NCBI GenBank assembly: GCA_946186575.1
Contig: CAMHNO010000002.1
Span: 126,664-150,663 of the forward strand
Direction: 5' to 3'
From: an uncultured Prevotellaceae bacterium
Lineage (GTDB): Bacteria; Bacteroidota; Bacteroidia; Bacteroidales; Muribaculaceae
DNA: 24,000 bases
The notes below the pieces were generated by a model. The model made no database searches. It was not told the origin of the DNA and saw only the letters and a program-made list of their open reading frames with translations. Position numbers and translations under genes: made by a program. Shown here piece by piece: positions 18,181 to 24,000 of this stretch (position 1 is the first letter of the stretch; each line of letters starts with the position of its first letter).

Positions 18181-18264
18181 TTACTTAACACTTACTTCAT
18201 ACTTCATACTTCTTCCTTCTTCCTTCTTACTTCTTACTTCTTACTTCATACTTCTTCCTTCTTA
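18181..18264. repeat. Heptamer tandem array, 12 units (CTTCTTA / CTTCATA / CTTCTTC), inverted relative to 17941-18150
   Basis: The reverse complements GTAAGAA / GTATGAA / GGAAGAA are 5-6 of 7 identical to the left-array units. An exact 13-bp inverted repeat TAAGTGTTAAGTA occurs at 17956-17968 and 18182-18194. The last unit contains the radical SAM stop codon. Confidence 0.95.
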
Positions 18265-19044
18265 GCCCGTCACTTGCACTGTAATGCCAGTTTCGCTCTC
18301 GATGTGGCGAGCTATGCGCTTGAGGTCCTCGACAGGCACTTTCACCAGCTTTTGCTCGGGAGTCTTGCGGTCGATGGTGTAGAGCATGATCTCACGGGGT
18401 TTGATGGCAAGATAGGCATTGATCAGGGCATCGATCTCGGCATCGGTGGTGTTGTCCACTATCTCACCGTCGTGCTCGCCGCGCACCATCATGGTCTGCA
18501 CTATGCACTTGCCGCCATAGGCTTTCAAGTCCTCGATAATGCCATCGGGAAGCACGTTGGGCGACACTGGTCGGTTTATCAGCCTCATCGTGCGAGCCAC
18601 TGCACTGTCGAGCTTGAGAATGTTATTGTCCACTTGCTTCAGAGCCGCCATCACGCTGGGCTTGCCTGCCATTGTGGCATTGCTCAGCACGCTCACTTTG
18701 GCCTCGGGATAGTACTGGTTGCGCAGGTTCACCACGTCGTGAACTATCTCCTTGAAATTGGGGTGCAACGTGGGCTCGCCGTTGCCCGAGAATGTGATCA
18801 CGTCGAGCGCCTGCCCTGCTTCCTTCATAGCCTGTAGTTTATTCTTGAGGGCTCGCCTCACCTCCTCGCGCTTCGACACGCCAGTGGTGCCAGGCCCCTG
18901 GGCATTATAGCCTGCCTCACAGTAGAGGCAATCGAAGGAGCAAATCTTGCCATCGTTAGGCATCAAGTTGACGCCCAACGAGGTTCCCAGCCTGCGGCTG
19001 TGGATGGGACCGAATATTGTACTTGTGAATAAAACTGTTTGCAT
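18262..19044 (-). CDS. Radical SAM protein (small, no SPASM-type extra Cys clusters)
   Basis: CSFDCLYC (CX3CX2C) near the N-terminus, preceded by FGPIHSRRLGTSLGVNL, and GNGEPTLHP. 260 aa. Confidence 0.88.
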   Translation of the reverse strand: MQTVLFTSTIFGPIHSRRLGTSLGVNLMPNDGKICSFDCLYCEAGYNAQGPGTTGVSKREEVRRALKNKLQAMKEAGQALDVITFSGNGEPTLHPNFKEIVHDVVNLRNQYYPEAKVSVLSNATMAGKPSVMAALKQVDNNILKLDSAVARTMRLINRPVSPNVLPDGIIEDLKAYGGKCIVQTMMVRGEHDGEIVDNTTDAEIDALINAYLAIKPREIMLYTIDRKTPEQKLVKVPVEDLKRIARHIESETGITVQVTG

Positions 19045-19071
19045 GATTATCTATTTTTATATTTTATACAT

Positions 19072-19902
19072 TTATCTAACAACTCGGGTGAATACAGGCA
19101 GTTTGCCGTTTGCCACTGTTACATAGATTTTTATTGTTATTCCTGAGAAGGAGTTTTTTTCTGGTCTTAAATCACTAACAGAAAGCATGTCTACGGCAGT
19201 ATACAAGTATTCTATGCCATAAGGAATGCTGCGTGTTGCCACTTCCACTGCCTTGGCTTTAATCATGGGATAATTGCCAACAGCTGCGTCAAAAATTTTC
19301 GCTTCAGCATCATTCACAGCATGTGGTTTTGAGAACTCTGGGAGCTTAACGTATGGTCCTTCAATAAACCCACTTTCTTTCAAAAACTGGTCAACCTCCT
19401 CAGGCATAGCATCCATGCGGGCAGCACGCACTCCATAGCCGTCAAGAATCTTTGTTTTAGGCTGAGCATGGGCAAGGTTGGCAGCACTCGACTCCAGGCC
19501 TCCGCTGCCAAAGGTGCAGAATGGAACAATAGTCTTGCCACTCAGGTCCACTTTGTTGAGCAGCGTGGCAATGGGTGGAGCATAGGTTCCATACCAAATG
19601 GGATAACCCAGAAATATAACGTCATACTTGGCAACATCAACCTTCAGAGGCTTGATTTCGGGCGTGATTCCTTGCTCACGCTCTTTCTTGCTGCGCTCAA
19701 TGGTTGCCTTGTAATCTCCGTCATAGGGGGTTACAAGCGCTATTTCCTCAATGTCGGCTCCAAGCTTGGTGGCAATTTCCTCGGCCACTGCCTTGGTATT
19801 CGACGTCTGCGAATAATAAAGCACAAGAGGCTTTTGTGCATTTACATTGATTCCACACATTAAAGCCATAGCTGTTACCATTATCCATTTAAAGAAATTC
19901 AT
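19072..19902 (-). CDS. Exported flavodoxin-like protein with an extra C-terminal domain of about 90 aa
   Basis: Signal peptide MNFFKWIMVTAMALMCGINVNAQ. Flavodoxin-like core LVLYYSQTSNTKAVAEEIA, YDVIFLGYPIWYG, IVPFCTFGSGG. The C-terminal third has no family I can name. Confidence 0.8.
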   Translation of the reverse strand: MNFFKWIMVTAMALMCGINVNAQKPLVLYYSQTSNTKAVAEEIATKLGADIEEIALVTPYDGDYKATIERSKKEREQGITPEIKPLKVDVAKYDVIFLGYPIWYGTYAPPIATLLNKVDLSGKTIVPFCTFGSGGLESSAANLAHAQPKTKILDGYGVRAARMDAMPEEVDQFLKESGFIEGPYVKLPEFSKPHAVNDAEAKIFDAAVGNYPMIKAKAVEVATRSIPYGIEYLYTAVDMLSVSDLRPEKNSFSGITIKIYVTVANGKLPVFTRVVR

Positions 19903-19908
19903 AATCTA

Positions 19909-21147
19909 TTATGATTTAAGTCGTTTGAATAGTTCAATATATTGCCCGGCAATCTTCGAGGCGGCAAACTTGCGCTCCACCTCATCGTGCAGGAATTGTC
20001 GCGAAACATTGGCGTCAATAGCCCACTCAATGCCTTGCGCCACGCTCGCAGCATCTTTATAATCAGCTATGTAGCCTGTCTTGAGATGGTCCACGATGTC
20101 GGCCTGACCACCCATCCCGAAGGTCACCGGCAAGCAACCACTCGCCTGCCCCTCGATGAGCGTGCCTGGCAGGTTCTCGTAAAGAGCTGTCGATAGCACG
20201 ATGTCGCTGTGCCGGTACAAGCGGCTCAGCTGCTGAGTCGAGGCTATGGTGCCAAGATAGGTGCAGGGCACTTTAATCTTTTTGAGCAACGACTTGTCGT
20301 GCAGGTCGCCGTAGAGCACCAAGTGGACTTTGCGGGCCAGATCGAGTTTGTTGCGGGCAATGTATTGTGTGGTCTCGATGAGCTCTTTAAAGCCTTTGAC
20401 CTCCACGTCGAGGCGGCGAGCTCCCATCACAATTATCTTCTTGTCGGCAGGAATTCCCTCAATGCCACCCGTGAGCCTCGTGCAGTCGAAGTCGTTGATG
20501 GGAAAGGCGTTGTAAATCACGCTAAGGTCGCAGTCTGCCATCGACGTGCTTTGCCTGCAGCACTCGGCGAGCCAGTGGCTCACGGCCACAAAATGGATGG
20601 GCGTTTGCTCATAGAGCTTGCGCTTTTTCTCTTGTATCGTGGTTGAGAGGTCGTCGCCACGGGTCTCTAGTAGCGGACAGCTGTGGCAACGCTCTTTGTA
20701 ACGCTCGCACTCAAATGAGTAGTGGCACACTCCAGTGCAGTTCCACATGTCGTGCATGGTCCACACTATGGGTTTGCCGCTTTGAGCCAGTTGTTTGATG
20801 CCTTTGAGCGACATTGTTCCCTGGTTCACCCAGTTCAGGCACACCACGTCGGCATCCTTCACCCAGGGGTGAGATGCGATGTTGATGCCATGCGAACCAG
20901 TGTCGATTTTAAACAGGGTGTCGCGTCTCATGCCGTTGCGCAGGAACACGCCTAGCCGTTCGGCCAGGAAGTTCCACTTGTTGAGCCACTTGCTGCCCAT
21001 CACCCCCACCAGAGCATCATCGCTCTGCTTGTCAATCACGAGCATACGGGCATCTACGCCTTTTTCCTGCAAGGCATGCGCGAGCCTGAGCGACACTATT
21101 GCCGCACCGCCCTGCATGTCGCTATGATTTATTATTACTACTTTCAT
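19909..21147 (-). CDS. Glycosyltransferase, GT4/GT-B type
   Basis: MKVVIINHSDMQGGAAIVSLRLAHAL N-terminus and a C-terminal EGQASGCLPV (E-x7-E-like region). It has a Cys-rich insert CTGVCHYSFECERYKERCHSCP. The ATG at 21147 is preferred over the GTG at 21168. Confidence 0.85.
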   Translation of the reverse strand: MKVVIINHSDMQGGAAIVSLRLAHALQEKGVDARMLVIDKQSDDALVGVMGSKWLNKWNFLAERLGVFLRNGMRRDTLFKIDTGSHGINIASHPWVKDADVVCLNWVNQGTMSLKGIKQLAQSGKPIVWTMHDMWNCTGVCHYSFECERYKERCHSCPLLETRGDDLSTTIQEKKRKLYEQTPIHFVAVSHWLAECCRQSTSMADCDLSVIYNAFPINDFDCTRLTGGIEGIPADKKIIVMGARRLDVEVKGFKELIETTQYIARNKLDLARKVHLVLYGDLHDKSLLKKIKVPCTYLGTIASTQQLSRLYRHSDIVLSTALYENLPGTLIEGQASGCLPVTFGMGGQADIVDHLKTGYIADYKDAASVAQGIEWAIDANVSRQFLHDEVERKFAASKIAGQYIELFKRLKS

Positions 21148-21160
21148 GTCATCGGTTTGT

Positions 21161-21727
21161 TCACACACTCTTCCCGTTTTGCTTTACGATGCGTGCCGGA
21201 TTGCCAGCCACGGTGCAGCCGTCGGGAACGTCAAAGTTCACTACAGCTCCAGCGCCTATGGTCACATTATTGCCAACTTTAATACCGCCAAACACCGTGG
21301 CTCCAGTGAAAATCTTCACGTTGTCGCCCACCACAGGACGCTTGCCATGCTTGTCGTTGCCAAGCGTCACAAGCTGCAAGCAGTAGAAATTCCTGCCTAT
21401 GCTCTCGGCATTGAGATAGGTGGCATAGTTGTGCTCGAAATGGCAACCCTCGCCTATGGTCGGGCACCAGATGTTGAGCGTGCGCTCTGGAGGCAGCAAC
21501 CACTTGATGAACACCGACTTGTATTCTCCCATGCGATAGTAGAACAAGTTGCGGAACACTCGCTGGCGGGTGCACACCTTTATAAACGTCACCACTCCCC
21601 CATCGCCCTCACCATACTGGCACAGGTCGCGGTCAATCTCCTTGCGGTGGCACAGATACAAGGCAATGTGCGGAAGCATCCTGAGCGACGATGCCGACAG
21701 CAGCGCAAATTGTGTGTAAGGATTCAT
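21161..21727 (-). CDS. Left-handed beta-helix (hexapeptide-repeat) acetyltransferase, serine acetyltransferase/WcaB-like
   Basis: C-terminal hexapeptide repeats VGDNVKIFTGATVFGGIKVGNNVTIGAGAVVNFDVPDGCTVAGNPARIV. Confidence 0.85.
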   Translation of the reverse strand: MNPYTQFALLSASSLRMLPHIALYLCHRKEIDRDLCQYGEGDGGVVTFIKVCTRQRVFRNLFYYRMGEYKSVFIKWLLPPERTLNIWCPTIGEGCHFEHNYATYLNAESIGRNFYCLQLVTLGNDKHGKRPVVGDNVKIFTGATVFGGIKVGNNVTIGAGAVVNFDVPDGCTVAGNPARIVKQNGKSV

Positions 21728-21755
21728 AATTCTGGTGCATCAAGTTTATAGAGTG

Positions 21756-21763
21756 CAAAAATA
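21756..21763 (-). promoter_or_regulatory. -7 promoter box TATTTTTG (minus strand)
   Basis: Plus-strand CAAAAATA, 29 bp upstream of the acetyltransferase ATG at 21727. Confidence 0.45.
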
Positions 21764-21798
21764 AATAAAATCTGCGACATCTCAAAACTCAAAAAAAA

Positions 21799-22455
21799 CT
21801 ATTTCCTCCCGAAGTCGGCCGGAATCTCGCCCCACTTGTCGGTCTGCCATTTGTAGATGGGGTTCTCTGTGTTGTGGGTCTGCAGCCAGTACTCGGCGCG
21901 AGCCACAATGTCGAGCAGTTGTGAGTTCTTCTGGGTGCGCTCAAGCTTGGTGCCGCACTTGCGCTTGCGCACCCATATCTGTGCCGTGCGGCTGTCGCTG
22001 TAGATGGCGGTGGTGCTGTCGCCACGATTGTAGAGCATCGCCAGCGCATGAACGATGGCAAGAAACTCGCCTATGTTGTTAGTGCCCTCGGCAAATGGTC
22101 CCTGATGAAAAATCTGAGCTCCGGTGTACACGTCCACGCCCCTGTATTCCATCACACCGGGATTCTTGCTGCAGGCAGCGTCCACAGCCCAGCTGCCAGG
22201 AATTATTTCGGGAATGAGTGTGTAGTCCACCTCGTCTTTACGGCGAGGGGCGCTGGCAATGGCACGAAGCACGTTGCGCGCCTCTTCATCATAGCCGTTG
22301 CGCCACGCCTCGATGGCATCTTGCTGGTTGTCGAAGCTCTTGTAGCGAGCGCCAGGGTAGCCCTTGGTGCGCAACTGGCACTCGACCCAAGTGTCGCACA
22401 CACCTGGCTCGGTGCCTACCCACACCACATACCACTTTCTCTTGTTACTCGACAT
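21799..22455 (-). CDS. Ribonuclease H1 with N-terminal hybrid-binding (caulimovirus VI / viroplasmin-like) domain
   Basis: N-terminal WYVVWVGTEPGVCDTWVECQLRTKGYPGARYKSF, then an RNase H core WAVDAACSKNPGVMEYRGV, NNIGEFLAIVHAL, IYSDSRTA. The true start is MSSNKRK at 22455. The 431-aa track ORF is an artefact that extends antisense through aroK. Confidence 0.88.
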   Translation of the reverse strand: MSSNKRKWYVVWVGTEPGVCDTWVECQLRTKGYPGARYKSFDNQQDAIEAWRNGYDEEARNVLRAIASAPRRKDEVDYTLIPEIIPGSWAVDAACSKNPGVMEYRGVDVYTGAQIFHQGPFAEGTNNIGEFLAIVHALAMLYNRGDSTTAIYSDSRTAQIWVRKRKCGTKLERTQKNSQLLDIVARAEYWLQTHNTENPIYKWQTDKWGEIPADFGRK

Positions 22456-22478
22456 ATTTTTCTCATTTTTTTCTTTTG

Positions 22479-22486
22479 CAAAGGTA
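22479..22486 (-). promoter_or_regulatory. -7 promoter box TACCTTTG (minus strand)
   Basis: Plus-strand CAAAGGTA, 24 bp upstream of the ATG at 22455. It is the same octamer as the box at 3740-3747. Confidence 0.45.
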
Positions 22487-22572
22487 AAAAAACTGTGACA
22501 AATATGCAAAATCATTATTGATGACCTTAATTTTTGTTTGTTAAAACAATAAAAATCGCTAACTTCGTGGCG

Positions 22573-23115
22573 ATGAAACCAATTTTCTTGATAGGATACA
22601 TGGGATGCGGCAAGACCACACTGGGCAAACCGCTTGCCAACCTGCTGGGGTGGCGCTTTGTCGACCTCGACATCTACATCGAGCAGCAGTGCGGCATGAC
22701 CGCCAAGCAGGTTTTCACCACTCACGGCGAGGCCCACTTCCGCAAGCTGGAGCGGGAGGCGCTCGAACAAGTTGTAGCAATGGGAGGCAACACAATAGTG
22801 GCATGTGGCGGAGGCACTCCGCTGCAGCCTGGCAACATGGAGCTCATGAACCGAGTGGGCATCACCGTGTGGCTGCAGACCAGCGTCGAACGCATAGCAT
22901 CGCGCCTGGTGCTCCCCGACCAACGCAGCAAGCGCCCACTGCTTAGCCACATGAGCGACGAGCAGATAAAGCAATCGGTAATCGACGGCATAGAGGCGCG
23001 CTCGCCATTCTACGAGCAGGCTCAGCTGCGCTTCGACTCCACACACCTTGAGAGCGAGGATCAAATAGCTGCTACCGCCCGCCGGCTTGCCCAACTATTA
23101 ACTATTAACTATTAA
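22573..23115 (+). CDS. aroK: Shikimate kinase
   Basis: MKPIFLIGYMGCGKTTLGKPLA (P-loop), FRKLEREAL, VACGGG. The ATG at 22573 is preferred over the upstream track start. Confidence 0.92.
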   Translation: MKPIFLIGYMGCGKTTLGKPLANLLGWRFVDLDIYIEQQCGMTAKQVFTTHGEAHFRKLEREALEQVVAMGGNTIVACGGGTPLQPGNMELMNRVGITVWLQTSVERIASRLVLPDQRSKRPLLSHMSDEQIKQSVIDGIEARSPFYEQAQLRFDSTHLESEDQIAATARRLAQLLTINY

Positions 23116-23136
23116 CTCTTAACTCTTATCTAACAT
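23095..23136. repeat. Heptamer tandem array CTATTAA x3, CTCTTAA, CTCTTAT, then a degenerate CTAACAT
   Basis: Read directly from the sequence. The array begins inside the last codons of aroK and supplies its stop codon (TAA at 23113-23115). Confidence 0.9.
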
Positions 23137-23200
23137 CACCTCATCCTCTTTAGTGGCAGAGGGAGATGCAGACAGAGCATGCTCTACATTTTCATCAAAC

Positions 23201-24000
23201 TCACGTTACTCCCCCCAACGGGCTCACTTCTTTTCTTCTCGCGGCTTGCCTCTTGTTGATCAGGTGTGAAATCAGCAGTGCGAAAGCGATGAACAAGGCT
23301 TCCCACATCAAATCGGTGAGCAAGCGGTTAGTGATATAGTTCCAATTGCCCATGTCGGAGGCCACAATGTAGCCTATCACGAAGACGACAATCCCCGTCA
23401 TCTCATATCCTACCGCTATCACTGTCACAACGCGCCACATGGTGCCCCAAACGCTGTAGCCAAAAATTTGATAATAGGTTCGGTAAATCACTATCACTAT
23501 GATAATGTAGACGATGGTGTTAATCACAATGTCGGTGGTCTCCTGGCTGATTGATGAGGTGTCGGTGATTAGGTCAAGTACCCAGGTTAATATTTTGACA
23601 AGCATCAAGACGATGAGCACCTGCATGCTGTTAAACACCTGGATGAAGAAACCCTGTGGCAAGTTGTGGCGGGCACAACGGGGAGAGTAGCGAAACACAA
23701 CCCATGTGGGCACAATAAGAAATGAAGTGTACACAAGCAATGCCCAGTCGAAATGCCTTAAAGCCCAGTTATAGAACAAATTGAGGTTGTAGTTTATCAT
23801 CGACTCAACATCGCCTGGCTTGGCAGAAGCCACCGAGGTGCTATCACCAAAGTCAATCAGGTTGTAAATCAGCAGTGCCGCAACCGACAGTATCACCAGC
23901 ATCTTCACTGGAGGGAAACTAATCTGGCGGCGGCCGCTGATGTAGGCGGCAATCAGGTGCCCTGGCATGAGCATGAGCTGCCACAGCGTCAGCGGCAGCG
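23201..24000 (-). CDS. DUF3667-family membrane protein, C-terminal part (ORF continues past the right edge)
   Basis: The frame stays open upstream of the track Met (LPLTLWQL-MLMPGHLIAAYISGRRQISFPPVKML). This block aligns with WRPGYMIRDYLNGHHLSYFPPFKML of the 992-1891 paralogue. It has multiple TM helices. Confidence 0.85.
   Translation of the reverse strand, partial: LPLTLWQLMLMPGHLIAAYISGRRQISFPPVKMLVILSVAALLIYNLIDFGDSTSVASAKPGDVESMINYNLNLFYNWALRHFDWALLVYTSFLIVPTWVVFRYSPRCARHNLPQGFFIQVFNSMQVLIVLMLVKILTWVLDLITDTSSISQETTDIVINTIVYIIIVIVIYRTYYQIFGYSVWGTMWRVVTVIAVGYEMTGIVVFVIGYIVASDMGNWNYITNRLLTDLMWEALFIAFALLISHLINKRQAARRKEVSPLGGVT

Noticed and set aside
17918-18191. Two minus-strand ORFs (81 and 78 aa) encode heptad-like peptides (LLLTPYS / LLLATYY / LLLTTCY). 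With a radical SAM enzyme upstream and a metallopeptidase downstream, they could be read as a repeat-containing RiPP precursor.
   Set aside because: The ORFs exist only because TACTTAC-type heptamers lack stop codons in every frame. Unit variants change in blocks of 2, 3 and 4 units, which are not codon-phased. Two frames give equivalent peptides. The radical SAM protein lacks SPASM-type auxiliary Cys clusters. The peptides are uniformly hydrophobic with no leader/core organisation. This is a DNA-level repeat, not a coding constraint.
7783-18264. Tandem arrays as CRISPR.
   Set aside because: The units are 7-8 bp and contiguous with no spacers. No cas genes are present.
18262-19902. The flavodoxin-like protein as the electron donor for the adjacent radical SAM enzyme.
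   Set aside because: The flavodoxin-like protein has a clear secretion signal, so it is probably not in the same compartment as a cytoplasmic radical SAM enzyme.
21799-23094. 431-aa minus-strand ORF in the track.
   Set aside because: It is a chimera. Only the last 218 codons (from the ATG at 22455) are RNase H1. The upstream part is antisense to aroK and crosses the divergent promoter region.
23174-23185. Perfect 12-bp palindrome AGAGCATGCTCT between the convergent aroK and DUF3667 genes.
   Set aside because: It has no loop, so it is a poor terminator. It is a single occurrence and short enough to arise by chance. The nearby imperfect hairpin CCTCT...AGAGG (about 23145-23166) is also weak.
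992-24000. Two DUF3667 paralogues in inverted orientation near both window ends, possibly marking the boundaries of an island.
   Set aside because: The paralogues share only protein-level motifs, with no evident DNA identity. The enclosed genes are core housekeeping (pyrH, pdxJ, nadK, aroK). No integrase, tRNA or direct repeats occur at the ends.

Overview
By eye this is an ordinary chromosomal segment from a Bacteroidota (Bacteroidales-like) genome. Supporting this are several exact TAnnTTTG -7 promoter boxes 24-50 bp upstream of start codons, and typical gene content: DUF3667 proteins, a glycine-lipid acyltransferase pair, a LytS/LytTR two-component system, and a pdxJ-exbB-exbD-tonB string. 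I support 25 protein-coding genes, two of which run off the window edges, plus one short gene relic. Most are housekeeping: pyrH, pdxJ, nadK, aroK, ldcA-like, pepC-like, RNase H1 and ExbB/ExbD/TonB. I found no rRNA, tRNA, CRISPR array, transposase, integrase, or recognisable defence or toxin module. I therefore cannot honestly name a multi-gene novel system. What the gene models do not explain is a set of short-period tandem arrays at gene boundaries. (1) The whole 324-bp spacer between a radical SAM gene and an M48/DUF45 peptidase gene consists of 30 heptamers, a 30-bp unique core, and 12 related heptamers in inverted orientation. (2) A 70-bp octamer array (TCGATTGT/TCGATTAT) lies upstream of a lower-GC gene for a four-helix-bundle + suffix + topoisomerase-type zinc-ribbon fusion protein. 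An 11-bp copy of the array motif lies on the other side of that gene, giving it a cassette-like appearance. (3) A heptamer array (CTATTAA) overlaps the aroK stop codon, and its reverse complement resembles the head units of array (1). These arrays and the bracketed four-helix-bundle gene are the best candidates for something undescribed. Any functional role is inference only.
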